A stretch of 64,000 bases of DNA from an uncultured cyanobacterium (GCA_963740315.1 CAVUDP010000002.1:3488001-3552000), one strand, 5' to 3'; counted from the first letter of the stretch, positions 1 through 10,544 are shown. The notes: generated by a model from the sequence alone, not told the origin. Program-made: numbers and translations.

Positions 1-450
1 AAGATTGAGAGAAGCGATCGCATCCGTTAATATGTCAGCTAAATTATTGCAAATTGGATCGCCAAATGTAATGTGAGCAACAATTCCTTCACCGAAAAAG
101 GTGGAAATCCGATGTTGTGTGCGATCGATAAATTGATTTGGTACCACCATATCCAGCGGTTTAACTTCTTCCTTCAACGAACCTACCGCAGAAGCTGAGA
201 TAATATACTCCACACCCAATTGTTTCATGGCGTAGATATTAGCGCGAAATGGTAATTCCGAAGGTAAAAGCGTATGATTGCGGTTGTGTCTGGGTAAAAA
301 AGCAACCTGCGTACCTTCTATAGTTCCTACAATCAAAGCATCTGAAGGTTTACCAAATGGGGTTTCTACCTCAATTTCTTCAATATTTGTCAGCGCATCC
401 ATCTTGTATAAACCACTGCCACCGATCACCCCAACTTGAGCCTGTGCCAT
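1..450 (-). CDS. mtnP: S-methyl-5'-thioadenosine phosphorylase (5' part; runs off the window start)
   Basis: Manual translation from ATG at 450 gives [17 protein letters not shown]...[10 protein letters not shown]...[10 protein letters not shown]...[10 protein letters not shown]...[11 protein letters not shown]...PNQFIDRT, the MTAP motifs. Confidence 0.93.
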   Translation of the reverse strand, partial: MAQAQVGVIGGSGLYKMDALTNIEEIEVETPFGKPSDALIVGTIEGTQVAFLPRHNRNHTLLPSELPFRANIYAMKQLGVEYIISASAVGSLKEEVKPLDMVVPNQFIDRTQHRISTFFGEGIVAHITFGDPICNNLADILTDAIASLNL

Positions 451-646
451 TATAATTTCCTGTAAATTGCTGTTGTGTCGTGGTTATTTTATATCGTTTA
501 TGATTGTCGGAGAATAAATAGAATAATAAATAAAAAAAAACCGCAGAGACAAGCCACTGCGTTGCGGAGGTTCCATCCGTTGTAGCAAGTGGCGTGCGGA
601 GAGCGCAGAGGAAGAGATTACAGAGGTCATTTCGATTGTTTATAAG

Positions 647-1225
647 TTAATTTGATTCGGAATTTTCTAATATTGCATCTTCATAAAGTAGCTCGATGGG
701 AAATTTAAAATCAACGCTAGTTAAATCAACATCACCTCGATCGTAAGTGTGTAGTTCCCACAAACCGTTATCGTTGAGTCGGAAAGATTCCACCATCATC
801 TGTTCGGCGCTAATTAAAACATATTCTTTTAAAGTTGAAATCTGCCGATAGTTTTGAAATTTTTTACCCCTATCTATTCCTTCTGTACTAAGAGAAAGAA
901 CTTCTACAATTAAACAAGGATGATAAATAACTTTTGTAGCGCGTTTGTCTCTTTCGTCGCAACTTACCATTACATCGGGATAATGAAAAGGACCATTTTC
1001 TGATACTCCGACTTTGGCATCAGCCATCTGTACTTTACAGCCTTTCCCTCGTAGGTGATTCTTGAGAGCAGAGGCTAAATTTAAGGCAACATCATTGTGG
1101 GGAATGGTTCCCCCTGTCATGGCAAAAGCTTCGCCGTTGATGTATTCGTATTTGAGTGGCTGTTGTTCTTCCCAGTCGAAATATTCCTGGGGTGTCATGT
1201 ATTGATAATTAGGAATTGCGACCAT
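647..1225 (-). CDS. Uma2 family (PD-(D/E)XK) putative endonuclease
   Basis: KYEYINGEAFAMTGG, YPDVMVSC, PCLIVEVLS.STE..DRG.KF..Y, EYVLIS motifs. Confidence 0.9.
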   Translation of the reverse strand: MVAIPNYQYMTPQEYFDWEEQQPLKYEYINGEAFAMTGGTIPHNDVALNLASALKNHLRGKGCKVQMADAKVGVSENGPFHYPDVMVSCDERDKRATKVIYHPCLIVEVLSLSTEGIDRGKKFQNYRQISTLKEYVLISAEQMMVESFRLNDNGLWELHTYDRGDVDLTSVDFKFPIELLYEDAILENSESN

Positions 1226-1298
1226 GATTTTTTCCTCATTTAGTTATATTGTGATGTTAACAGTGGAATTGAAGTTAAAATTTTGAACTTATTATCAG

Positions 1299-1364
1299 CT
1301 AATTTGATTCGGAATTTTCAAATTCTACATCCTTATAAATCCAATTCAATATCAAAAGCGAACT
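1299..1364 (-). pseudogene. 3'-end stub of a second Uma2 gene
   Basis: Minus strand reads FAFDIEL/(frameshift)IYKDVEFENSESN*, versus FKFPIELLYEDAILENSESN* in the intact gene at 647-1225; taatttgattcggaattttc is shared at the DNA level. Confidence 0.7.
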
Positions 1365-1397
1365 ACTTGTATTTCAAACCTATGAAAATTACACAGC

Positions 1398-1433
1398 AAA
1401 AAACACCCCCCGACTGTTCGGAGGGTGTTCTTT
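1398..1433 (-). terminator. Intrinsic terminator of psbA
   Basis: Hairpin aacacccccc-ga/tc-ggagggtgtt, with an A-run on the + strand (U-tract on the - strand), about 50 nt after the psbA stop. Confidence 0.8.
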
Positions 1434-1479
1434 AAAGACGTAAAATTTTACGTCTCTACATTCATTTATTATTTAATTT

Positions 1480-2562
1480 TTAACCGTTGATTGCGGGAGC
1501 GCTGACTGCAACAGGTGCAGATTCAAGAGCAGCTAAATCAAGTGGGAAGTTGTGAGCGTTGCGCTCGTGCATTACTTCCATACCCAAGTTAGCGCGGTTC
1601 AATACATCAGCCCAAGTGTTGATTACTCTTCCACTTGAATCAATTACAGACTGGTTGAAGTTGAAACCGTTCAAGTTGAATGCCATTGTGCTGATTCCCA
1701 AAGCGGTAAACCAGATTCCTACAACGGGCCATGCTGCTAAGAAGAAGTGCAAGCTACGGCTGTTATTGAAAGAAGCATATTGGAAAATCAAACGACCAAA
1801 GTAACCGTGTGCAGCTACGATGTTGTAGGTTTCTTCTTCTTGACCGAATTTGTAACCGTAGTTCTGTGATTCGGTTTCGGTTGTTTCACGTACCAAGCTC
1901 GAAGTTACCAAAGAACCGTGCATAGCACTGAACAAGGAACCGCCAAATACTGCTGCAACACCTAACTGATGGAAGGGGTGCATCAAGATATTGTGTTCAG
2001 CTTGGAACACGAACATGAAGTTAAAGGTACCGGAGATACCCAAAGGCATACCGTCGGAGAAAGAACCTTGTCCAATTGGGTAGATCAAGAATACTGCGGT
2101 TGCTGCTGCTACTGGAGCAGAGAAAGCAACACAGATCCAAGGGCGCATACCTAAGCGGTAGGATAATTCCCACTCACGACCTAAGTAGCAAAATACTCCA
2201 ATTAAGAAGTGGAATACTACCAACTGGTAAGGACCACCGTTGTACAACCACTCATCTAAGGAAGCAGCTTCCCAGATTGGGTAGAAGTGCAAACCAATAG
2301 CGTTAGAAGAAGGTACAACAGCACCGGAGATGATGTTGTTTCCGTAGATCAACGAACCTGCAACAGGCTCGCGGATACCATCGATGTCAACAGGCGGAGC
2401 TGCAACAAAAGCGATGATGAAACAAGTGGTAGCAGCTAAGAGGGTAGGAATCATCAACATTCCAAACCAACCGATGTATAAACGATTGTTTGTGCTGGTG
2501 ATCCATCCGCAGAACTGTTCCCACGCAGAAGCGCTCTCGCGTCTTTGTAATGTGGTTGTCAT
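1480..2562 (-). CDS. psbA: Photosystem II D1 protein (Glu130 form)
   Basis: 360 aa, [10 protein letters not shown]...NRLYIGWFG...[15 protein letters not shown]...[13 protein letters not shown]. Confidence 0.99.
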   Translation of the reverse strand: MTTTLQRRESASAWEQFCGWITSTNNRLYIGWFGMLMIPTLLAATTCFIIAFVAAPPVDIDGIREPVAGSLIYGNNIISGAVVPSSNAIGLHFYPIWEAASLDEWLYNGGPYQLVVFHFLIGVFCYLGREWELSYRLGMRPWICVAFSAPVAAATAVFLIYPIGQGSFSDGMPLGISGTFNFMFVFQAEHNILMHPFHQLGVAAVFGGSLFSAMHGSLVTSSLVRETTETESQNYGYKFGQEEETYNIVAAHGYFGRLIFQYASFNNSRSLHFFLAAWPVVGIWFTALGISTMAFNLNGFNFNQSVIDSSGRVINTWADVLNRANLGMEVMHERNAHNFPLDLAALESAPVAVSAPAING

Positions 2563-2622
2563 GGTTCGGATAATTGCGTTTTTGTTATGTATGTGTAAGC
2601 TGTTTTGCTTACCTATATTTAT

Positions 2623-2651
2623 ACATTAACCTACTTTTGAAGTTTTGTAAA
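2623..2651 (-). promoter_or_regulatory. Putative psbA promoter
   Basis: Minus strand TTTACA-17 nt-TAATGT about 60 nt upstream of the ATG; resembles cyanobacterial psbA promoters. Confidence 0.6.
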
Positions 2652-2836
2652 GCTTTTTTAATAAAGTTTGTTTTATACAACTGATATGTTAAACCTATCA
2701 ATCGATGCAGGTTGCCAGCTTTTGACTATCCGATTGCTGATGGTGTCTAAGGTTCCATTTATTTAAGCTGACTATATATATAAAGAAGGGAGTGGGCACA
2801 ATAGATATTCACTCCTTCTCATCATTGGTAAATCAT

Positions 2837-5101
2837 ATGAATAAAGATAATTCCAATTCTCAACCAATACCAATTTTTAATAATACAAACGAAGATACAC
2901 CGGAAATGGGTGGAGGTTTATCTGTAATTGGCTATTGGGCAGAACATACTTTGTCACCGGAAGGAGCTAAACTTTGGAAAACTTTACTGCATAAAAGCGC
3001 TTGTTTATCTTGCTCTTGGGGAACTGGTGGACAAAAAGGTGGTTTTACTAACGAGTCAGGGGAAAAGTTGCAGCGCTGTATGAAGAGTGTTGAGTCAATC
3101 TCGGCAGAAATTAAACCTGCAATTCCCAAACAATTTTTTGAACAGCGCAATATTGGACAACTGCAACAACTTACGTCACGAGAAGCCGATCGCCTTGGAA
3201 GATGGAGTTTCCCTGTAATATTACGTCCTGGCTCGTCGCATTACGAACAAATAAGCTGGGATGAAATTTATCAAATTGCTGAGAAAGCCTTTGCTAAAAC
3301 CCCCGAAAGAGTAGCTTCCTACAGTTCCGGACGTTCTTCCAACGAAGCAGCTTTTTTATTACAGTTGATGATGAGGACGTTAGGTTCTAATAATTTAGCT
3401 GATTGCTCGGATTTATGTCACGCTCCTTCGAGTTTCGGGTTGAAACAAAGTCTTGGTACTGGTACTTCTGTTGTTAGTTTAGAAAGTTTGAAACAAGCAG
3501 ATTGTGTGGTTTTAGCTGGTTCTAATGCTGCTTACAACCATCCCCGGTTGATGAATGAATTGATTAAATTAAGGGAGCGTGATGGTAAGGTAATTGTTAT
3601 TAATCCGATGAAAGAAATCGGTTTAGTAAAATTTGCTTCTCCTGCATTCCCCGTATCGCTGTTTACAGGTTCGGATATTGCTTCTGTTTACTTACAGCCA
3701 ATTCCCGGTAGCGATGTGGCATTATTTACGGGAATTCAAAAAGCTTTGTGGGAAAAAGGTAAGATTAAAAATGAGTTTTTACAAGCTCATACAGAAAATT
3801 ATCAAGAGGTAATTAGTCACCTTAAAAATACATCTTGGGAAACAATTACTTCAACTTGCGGTGTATCTCAAACAGAAATTGAAACTGCTGCAAATATAAT
3901 TACTAATTCTCAAAAAGTTGTATTTGCTTGGGCTATGGGAATTACCCAACAGAAAAATGGTGTTGATAACGTTTATAGTATCGTTAACACCGCCTTAATG
4001 ACTGGTAACATCGGTAGAATGGGAACCGGAGTCATGCCAGTAAGGGGACATTCCAACGTTCAAGGCTTTGGTTCAATGGGTGTCACGGTAAGACTTAAAA
4101 AAGAAATTCAACAAGCATTAGAGAAATTATTAGGGCGATCGCTTTCTAAAGTTAAAGGATACGATACCCACGCTTTAATCGAAGCTGCTGATGCTGGTAA
4201 AGTTGATACATTAATTTGCGTTGGTGGTAATTTATATGCTGCTAACCCGGATTCTGGGAAGGTAAAAAGAGCATTAAATAAAATTGAAACGATTATTTAT
4301 CTTGCAACAAAACCAAATCTCGGACATTTTCACGGATTAGCAAATCAAAACACAATTATTATTCCCGTATTTAACCGCTTTGAAAATCCTCATAAAACTA
4401 CAGTGGAATCCGGTAATAACTTTGTTCGACTCAACGACGAAGGAGAAACCCATCTCAAAAAAGGCGATTTGATTGCAGAAGTAGACTTTTTAACCGAATT
4501 AGCCGATCGCATACATGGAGAGTATCCCGTCAACTGGCGTAAATTGCAGGATACCAAATACGTTAGACAATTGATAGCTCAAACAATTCCGGGATACGAA
4601 AAAATAGGAGAGATTGATGAAACAGAAGCAGAATTTACTATTAGCGGCAGGATTTTAAAAAGTCCTCAATTTCCCACAGCTTCCGGTAAAGCCAAAATGT
4701 TCGTTACACCTTTACCAAAGTTGAAACTTCCGGAGATAAAAGATTTTGAAGTTGCCGACGGTACGCAAGGAATAGTTGTCGCATTAATGACCGGACGTAG
4801 TTACGCTCAACATAATACAGTAGTTTATCAAACTGAAGATAAATATCGCGGAATACCACATCGTAACTGTATTTTGATGAATAAAAATGATGTTGAAAAA
4901 GCAGGTTTTAGAGAGCATCAACGGGTGACGGTAAAAGGGAATGTAGGGGAATTAGAGAATGTAGAAATAATTTTTGGAGAAGTGCGGGAAGGTGCGGGAG
5001 TGATGTTTTATCCGGAAGTGAATGTAATTTTTAAAGCCGAAGTTGAAGAGCGTAGTGGTACTCCGGCTTTTAAAAGAGTTCCGGTGTTGGTTTATAAATA
5101 A
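2837..5101 (+). CDS. FdhF/YdeP family molybdopterin oxidoreductase
   Basis: ACLSCSWG, SSGRSSNEAAFLLQL, NNLADCSDLCH, PVRGHSNVQG and C-terminal MTGRSYAQHNT; start may instead be the GTG at 2792. Confidence 0.88.
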   Translation: MNKDNSNSQPIPIFNNTNEDTPEMGGGLSVIGYWAEHTLSPEGAKLWKTLLHKSACLSCSWGTGGQKGGFTNESGEKLQRCMKSVESISAEIKPAIPKQFFEQRNIGQLQQLTSREADRLGRWSFPVILRPGSSHYEQISWDEIYQIAEKAFAKTPERVASYSSGRSSNEAAFLLQLMMRTLGSNNLADCSDLCHAPSSFGLKQSLGTGTSVVSLESLKQADCVVLAGSNAAYNHPRLMNELIKLRERDGKVIVINPMKEIGLVKFASPAFPVSLFTGSDIASVYLQPIPGSDVALFTGIQKALWEKGKIKNEFLQAHTENYQEVISHLKNTSWETITSTCGVSQTEIETAANIITNSQKVVFAWAMGITQQKNGVDNVYSIVNTALMTGNIGRMGTGVMPVRGHSNVQGFGSMGVTVRLKKEIQQALEKLLGRSLSKVKGYDTHALIEAADAGKVDTLICVGGNLYAANPDSGKVKRALNKIETIIYLATKPNLGHFHGLANQNTIIIPVFNRFENPHKTTVESGNNFVRLNDEGETHLKKGDLIAEVDFLTELADRIHGEYPVNWRKLQDTKYVRQLIAQTIPGYEKIGEIDETEAEFTISGRILKSPQFPTASGKAKMFVTPLPKLKLPEIKDFEVADGTQGIVVALMTGRSYAQHNTVVYQTEDKYRGIPHRNCILMNKNDVEKAGFREHQRVTVKGNVGELENVEIIFGEVREGAGVMFYPEVNVIFKAEVEERSGTPAFKRVPVLVYK

Positions 5102-5215
5102 TGATGTGTTTATAGAATATTTTATATTTTACCCAATCCGGCGGTTGAAACCGCTGCTACACAGGCGAAACCCACCTGCGTGGGTTACAAAGATGTGAAA
5201 TTATATGATTTTCCT

Positions 5216-5284
5216 GTAGGGTGCTGTGACGACTGCGATAAATTATGGTTTTTAAGCAGTATATTAATTATGTCGTCACGCACC
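5216..5284. repeat. GTAG-type REP-like palindrome
   Basis: gtagggtgctgtgacg...cgtcacgcacc; related copies at 6367-6428, 6751-6813, 32692-32755 and 52655-52716. Confidence 0.8.
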
Positions 5285-5443
5285 AATGAGTAACTGTGAC
5301 GATACTTGAACGATGAATGTATAAAAACCTTACTAGACACTAAGAGCGCAGAGGCAAGAGGTAAAAAGGTATGATTAGTTTTACAGGAGAACTTTGCACT
5401 CCTTTGCTTTTAAATATATTATTCCGATTCAAACAGATTTGAG

Positions 5444-6010
5444 ATGACGGATAAATTATTAGCAGACGGCTACGATGATTTTTTACAGCAAGTAAAACAA
5501 CGTATTCGTACTGCACAAGTAAAAGCATCGTTATCAGTTAACCGCGAACTGATACTACTATACTGGCAAATTGGATATGAAATATTAACGCGATCGCAAA
5601 AACAGGGATGGGGTGCAAAGGTAGTTACTAAGCTTGCGAAGGATTTAAAAAATGCGTTCCCAGATATGAAAGGTTTTTCCGAACGTAATCTTAAATATAT
5701 GAGGACTTTTGCAGAAACTTATCCCGATGAGCAAATAGTGCAACAGCTTGTTGCACAAATTCCTTGGGGACATAATCTGCGTATTTTAGATAGCGTCAAA
5801 GAAACTTCAGTTCGACTTTTGTACGTACAAAAAACAATCGAAAATGGTTGGAGTCGTAATGTTTTAGTTCATCAAATAGAAAGCGATTTGTATAACCGTC
5901 ATTCGATTTTAGATTTTAGATTTCCGATTTTGGATTGTCATATATTTCAGGCAAGCTGCATAATTTCCCCGTACTGTCATTGTTTGTGGATGACTTACAC
6001 CCAACTTTGA
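5444..6010 (+). pseudogene. DUF1016/YhcG family protein, N-terminal domain only (C-terminal nuclease domain lost)
   Basis: VNRELILLYWQIG, WGAKVV, GFSERNLKYMR.FA, IPWGHN, WSRNVLVHQIE; similarity stops at about 5900, where an attttag STRR begins. Confidence 0.8.
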
Positions 6011-6173
6011 TTCCTGCCTTTCCTTCATTCTTCACCGTCACTTGTAACTCTAGCTCTACAGAATCGACGCTGAGTAAAGGAATATCGTTTTCGTTTTCTG
6101 GTGAAGTTGTTAGCAGTTCTTGTTTAACCTGCTCGATTAACTCTGTGAGTCCAATAAGGTTTTGTTCGGACAT
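5916..6173 (-). pseudogene. Trypco2-like protein truncated and fused out of frame to the last codons of a TPR protein
   Basis: IGLTELIEQVKQEL...VDSVELELQVTV...GKAGIKV; past about 6005 another frame reads KLGVSHPQTMTVRGNYAACLK. Confidence 0.65.
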
Positions 6174-6366
6174 GGGAATTTGTATACATATTTACTTTTA
6201 GATAATCCCATAATTTTTTATACACAGGTATCAAATTAATAGTATTTTCAGAATAATGAGAAAATTTATAACACTTAATTTTATTAACTAATATGAAAGC
6301 ATATTGCGGTTAAAGCATGAATTATAAGACTTACATTAGTGGAGTAATAGTCATAACGAGCCAGAT

Positions 6367-6813
6367 GGTGCGTGACGCTAGAAGATTTCTAACCATGTAG
6401 AAAATTTTTAAAGCGTCACACACCCTACAAGAAAATATGTGCCATCTGCGTAAGTAGTAAATAAAAAAGTACCTATTATTATCGTGACTAAACCGATTGT
6501 TTTTTAGTCCTATTTATAGGACTTTCGCTATTAGCCAGGGGTTTGCAACCCCTGGTGGGTATGAACGCAGTCGAATAATTATGATTTATCAGAACTATAA
6601 AGAATTTCAAACCATCCACTTGGGTTTGATTATCTCAAGGATTGATTTGCTAATGTTTTAACTCTATCTTGTATCTCTTTTGGTTGTTTCTCAAACATTT
6701 TTTTGCCATCTTTTTTAATTATAAAATGTGGAGGTAAGCAAAGGAAAATTGTAGGGTGTGTGACGCTTTTAAAGTTAACATACATACTGATAATATTCCT
6801 AGCGTCACGCACC
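6367..6813. repeat. Pair of oppositely oriented GTAG REPs enclosing a second hairpin repeat (6506-6558) and a gene stub
   Basis: ggtgcgtgacgcta...gcgtcacacaccctac and gtagggtgtgtgacgc...tagcgtcacgcacc; internal tagtcctatttataggact...ccaggggtttgcaacccctgg. Confidence 0.75.
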
Positions 6814-6844
6814 ATCCGATATTTATAATTTTCATAAATGCTTT

Positions 6845-7423
6845 TTATCCAAAAATTACCTGCAAATCCAAACTAAACCCCTCCAGCACATCTTCTCCAG
6901 ATAAACAGTTAGGAGATTTTAAAACTTCAACTTCCTTACCAATACGATAAATTTCCACCTGCTTATCTTTGGGATTAATCAACCAACCCAACCTTAAACC
7001 ATTCGCGATATATTCCCGCATCTTTTTTCTAGTATCTTCTACATCATCACTTTCCGATACTAATTCCACAGCAAAATCCGGACACAAAGGTAAATATTTC
7101 TTTCTTTGCTGTGGTGTTAATTCTTCCCATCTTTCTAATAGAATCCAAGAAGCATCGGGGGAACGAGTCGCACCGTTAGGAAGTTTAAAACCCGTAGACG
7201 AATCAAAAGCTTTTCCTAAATTATTTTTACGATTCCAAAACCATATTTGACCAGTTAAATCAAAATTAAGATTTCCCGTTTCTCCTCCGGTAGGTGACAT
7301 AATAATTAATTCCCCTTGAGCAGTCAATTCCAAGCGTAATTCTTGATTAAAAGCGACAATTTGCTCAAATTCATCATCTGTAAATTTGAGTTCGGGAGGT
7401 ATTTGTAAAGTTAAAGCAGTCAT
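6845..7423 (-). CDS. Uma2 family putative endonuclease
   Basis: LRLELTAQGELIIMSPTG, FDSSTGFKLPNGATRSPDASW, PLCPDFAVELVS, KMREYIANGLRLGWLINP. Confidence 0.92.
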   Translation of the reverse strand: MTALTLQIPPELKFTDDEFEQIVAFNQELRLELTAQGELIIMSPTGGETGNLNFDLTGQIWFWNRKNNLGKAFDSSTGFKLPNGATRSPDASWILLERWEELTPQQRKKYLPLCPDFAVELVSESDDVEDTRKKMREYIANGLRLGWLINPKDKQVEIYRIGKEVEVLKSPNCLSGEDVLEGFSLDLQVIFG

Positions 7424-7451
7424 AATAATTTATCCTATTATTTATATATAT

Positions 7452-7559
7452 TTATACTTTAACTACATCTTCGTAAATTTAAGACATCATTAGAGTTAAG
7501 TCAATTGAATCTAAATGTAATTCATCCTCCTTCCCCAGGGTTTAAATTGACCAATTTCT
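7452..7559 (-). pseudogene. 3'-end stub of another Uma2 gene with two in-frame stops
   Basis: Reads RNWSI*TLGKEDELHLDSIDLTLMMS*IYEDVVKV*, a typical Uma2 C-terminus (W...L.L.SI.L...IYEDV). Confidence 0.7.
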
Positions 7560-8063
7560 TTGAATATATTTCTTATGAAGTATTAAATTAGACATTTAAA
7601 TCCTCTTAACGCAATCTGTCAAGTCTATTTATAATCATAACAATTGCAGTTGATATCACCGCAGCAATAATAGTAACCATGAATTTTGTGTTTGTTTAAT
7701 TATCTTCTATTTTTGTTACGTAACCCTGAGTTACACCACAGGCTAAAATATTTAAAAGTAAAATAATTCTCTTGTTTTCATTTTCTTTGATTCAACAAGT
7801 GAAAATTTCATTTTCAGTATTTTTGCTAGTGACAATTATTTTTAATTATGAATAGGATAAATAAATAATTTGTTTTATAAAATATAGCAATTCTCTATCA
7901 AGTGCAATATACACCTCAACTAATGTATGGGAAGTTACCTGAAAAGTTAGTTAGCAGGGTTATTTCTGATTCAAATATAGAATTAAACGCTAAATTTTAT
8001 ATTTCAATGATTTTACCTCCTAACTCAGAACAAAGATTTGATCGTAAAAACTACTAATTACCA

Positions 8064-9179
8064 ATGAAAATATTAATCCAGCACCGTCATTACGCAAACG
8101 AAATTAGTGGCGTTTTAACTTATATTAACTCTATTATTCCAGGGCTTGAAGCCACGGGCACAGAAATAAAAACTATTTCTAGCAGAGAAGATAACTTACA
8201 AAAATGGCTTAGCCTAATTTCCTGGGCAGATATAGTCCATATGAACTCCAATGATTTGTTGTTTGCAATTTTATGTAAGGCTTTAGGCAAAAAAATCATT
8301 ATTAAGTATCATTACCTTTTTTATCAATCTACTCATACTAACTACGAGGAGATGACATTTATTCAAAGAATAAAAGCAGAATTGAAAAGGACCTTACCCA
8401 AAGCGACTTATCCTTTAAAATGGAAATTACATACTATTGTTAAATGGGCAAAACTTGCCGCTCGCATTTCTACAGCCTTCTTTGCAGATTATCATGCTGC
8501 TTGTAGTGATTTTTTAGGTAATTCTTGTGCTTTCCCTTGGCAAGTACATACTTTATATTATCCGATTGAACCTAAGCATAAAAAGAGATTTAAAGCTCTG
8601 GATAAATTGTCCAAGCCATATAAGTTTGTTTTTGTTGGTAGGTTAGATCGTGATAAAGGAGTTGATATATTATTAAGAGCAATCAAGATTCTGCAAACTC
8701 AAAAATATGAATTTCAAGTTACGATTGTTGGAGATGGGATACAAGCGAAAAAACTCAAAGCATTAGCATCTGAATTAGATATTCTTAATAGCGTCAACTT
8801 TTTAGGCAAAATTCCCAACACAGAAGTCACCTCCATAATTGAAGATGCTTTAGCTTTAGCTGTTCCTTCTCGTTGGCAAGAACCAGCAGGTTATGTTGTT
8901 CTAGAAGCATCCAGCGTCCAAACTTGCTCAATTGTTTCTAAAATGGGAGGATTACCAGAAATAGCTGGACCTCAGAATTTGTTTTTCGAGAATGAAGATG
9001 CTGAAGGATTAGCCAAATGTATGAAAGAATGCTTAGACAATCCAGAAAAAGCAATAGAACGTGGCTTGTTATCTAGTGAATATGTAGGGCGATCGCTTTT
9101 CTTCTCAAGGTGCTGCACAAGAGTTAATGGATGTTTGTTACCAGTTGGCAGGGCAAACGCATCTAAATTTAAAAGGTAA
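8064..9179 (+). CDS. Glycosyltransferase family 4 (probable 1-nt frameshift near the C-terminus)
   Basis: FVFVGRLDRDKGVDILLRA, VPSRWQEPAGYVVLEA, GGLPEI; the expected tail DRFSSQGAAQELMDVCYQL lies in another frame from about 9088. Confidence 0.85.
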   Translation: MKILIQHRHYANEISGVLTYINSIIPGLEATGTEIKTISSREDNLQKWLSLISWADIVHMNSNDLLFAILCKALGKKIIIKYHYLFYQSTHTNYEEMTFIQRIKAELKRTLPKATYPLKWKLHTIVKWAKLAARISTAFFADYHAACSDFLGNSCAFPWQVHTLYYPIEPKHKKRFKALDKLSKPYKFVFVGRLDRDKGVDILLRAIKILQTQKYEFQVTIVGDGIQAKKLKALASELDILNSVNFLGKIPNTEVTSIIEDALALAVPSRWQEPAGYVVLEASSVQTCSIVSKMGGLPEIAGPQNLFFENEDAEGLAKCMKECLDNPEKAIERGLLSSEYVGRSLFFSRCCTRVNGCLLPVGRANASKFKR

Positions 9180-9319
9180 TGGTGCAGCTATGCTGCACTC
9201 AGCACCGTCCATGCAATCGCCCTGCGGGAGAACTGCTGCTCCGTCAATCTGTGGTAGCCTAAAAAATAACGACGTTAATTCGTTAAGACAACATTAATCT
9301 ATTATTCGACACAAAAAAA

Positions 9320-9393
9320 TCGGGATGACTGGATTCGAACCAGCGGCCCCTTCGTCCCGAACGAAGTGCGCTACCAAGCTGCGCCACATCCCG
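9320..9393 (-). tRNA. tRNA-Pro(CGG)
   Basis: CGGGATGTGGCGCAGCTTGGTAGCGCACTTCGTT-CGG-GACGAAGGGGCCGCTGGTTCGAATCCAGTCATCCCGA forms a full cloverleaf; CCA not encoded. Confidence 0.97.
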
Positions 9394-9433
9394 GCTGTAT
9401 GTCGGTTATTATATCACAGAAATTTAATGGAAG

Positions 9434-9526
9434 GATGGGGAGACAAGGGGATGAGGAGATGAGGAGATGGGGAGATGTAAACTGTTAACTGGTTACTGCT
9501 CACTGCTCACTGCTCACTGCTCACTG
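9434..9526. repeat. STRR clusters (gatgagga/gatgggga and ctgctca)
   Basis: Direct reading of the tandem 8-mers and 7-mers. Confidence 0.8.
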
Positions 9527-9571
9527 AATTTGCGTTACCATAAATCCTGTATATCAACAAGTGGTAGGATT

Positions 9572-10462
9572 GTGACTGTAAAACCAGACTGGTTGCGGGT
9601 TAAAGCTCCTCAATGGGAACGTGTTGGTGCTGTTAAGGAAACTTTACGGGATTTATCCCTGAATACTGTTTGTGAGGAAGCATCTTGTCCTAATATTGGC
9701 GAGTGTTTCCTTTCAGGTACCGCTACGTTTTTGATTATGGGACCAGCCTGTACTCGTGCTTGTCCTTACTGCGATATTGATTTTGAGAAAAAACCCCAAG
9801 CTTTAGATCCAACGGAACCCACACGTTTAGCGGAAGCTGTACGTCGGATGAAGCTCAATCATGTGGTGATTACTTCTGTAAACCGCGATGATTTACCTGA
9901 TGAGGGTGCTTCGCAGTTTGTTCGCTGTATTGAAGAAGTTCGCACTATTTCACCGAAGACAACTATTGAAGTTTTAATTCCCGATTTGTGTGGAAATTGG
10001 GAAGCTTTGGAAATTATTTTAAAAGCACAACCGGAAGTCCTTAATCACAATACAGAAACGGTTCCCCGGTTATATCGTCGTACTCGTCCCCAAGGTGACT
10101 ATCAAAGAACTTTGGAATTATTGAGAATTTCGCGTCAAATTGCACCTTGGGTTTATACTAAATCCGGTATTATGGTAGGTCTTGGCGAAACCGATGCAGA
10201 AATTCGTCAGGTAATGCGAGATTTACGCGCTGTTGATTGCGATATTTTAACTATTGGACAATATTTACAACCTACTCAAAAGCATTTAAAAGTTGGTGAT
10301 TTTATTCATCCCGAACAGTTTGCAGCATGGAAAAAATACGGTGAAGAAATCGGTTTTTTACAAGTTGTTTCTTCTCCTTTAACAAGAAGCTCTTATCATG
10401 CAGAGCAGGTAAGGGAATTGATGAAAGAATATCCACGAGAGAAAAGTAAGGAATTAATTTAA
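9572..10462 (+). CDS. lipA: Lipoyl synthase
   Basis: [29 protein letters not shown] radical-SAM motif and RSSYHA; GTG start at 9572 (the upstream ORF extension is STRR-derived). Confidence 0.96.
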   Translation: MTVKPDWLRVKAPQWERVGAVKETLRDLSLNTVCEEASCPNIGECFLSGTATFLIMGPACTRACPYCDIDFEKKPQALDPTEPTRLAEAVRRMKLNHVVITSVNRDDLPDEGASQFVRCIEEVRTISPKTTIEVLIPDLCGNWEALEIILKAQPEVLNHNTETVPRLYRRTRPQGDYQRTLELLRISRQIAPWVYTKSGIMVGLGETDAEIRQVMRDLRAVDCDILTIGQYLQPTQKHLKVGDFIHPEQFAAWKKYGEEIGFLQVVSSPLTRSSYHAEQVRELMKEYPREKSKELI

Positions 10463-10544
10463 TTTTTTTATTAGAACTTACAGCAAAAAGCCCCCCTTCA
10501 ATAAGGGGGGTTGGGGGGATCTTAACGTTTAGAAAAAAAAACAG

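Noticed and set aside
1559..2629. Short + strand ORFs over psbA
   Set aside because: Antisense shadows of a strongly codon-biased gene
6630..6815. 61 aa minus-strand ORF
   Set aside because: The N-terminal third is a REP translation; the rest may be a gene tail that I cannot identify
9320..9393. tRNA-Pro as an integration site for the 5-9 kb accessory region
   Set aside because: No duplicated tRNA 3' end and no integrase seen in the window
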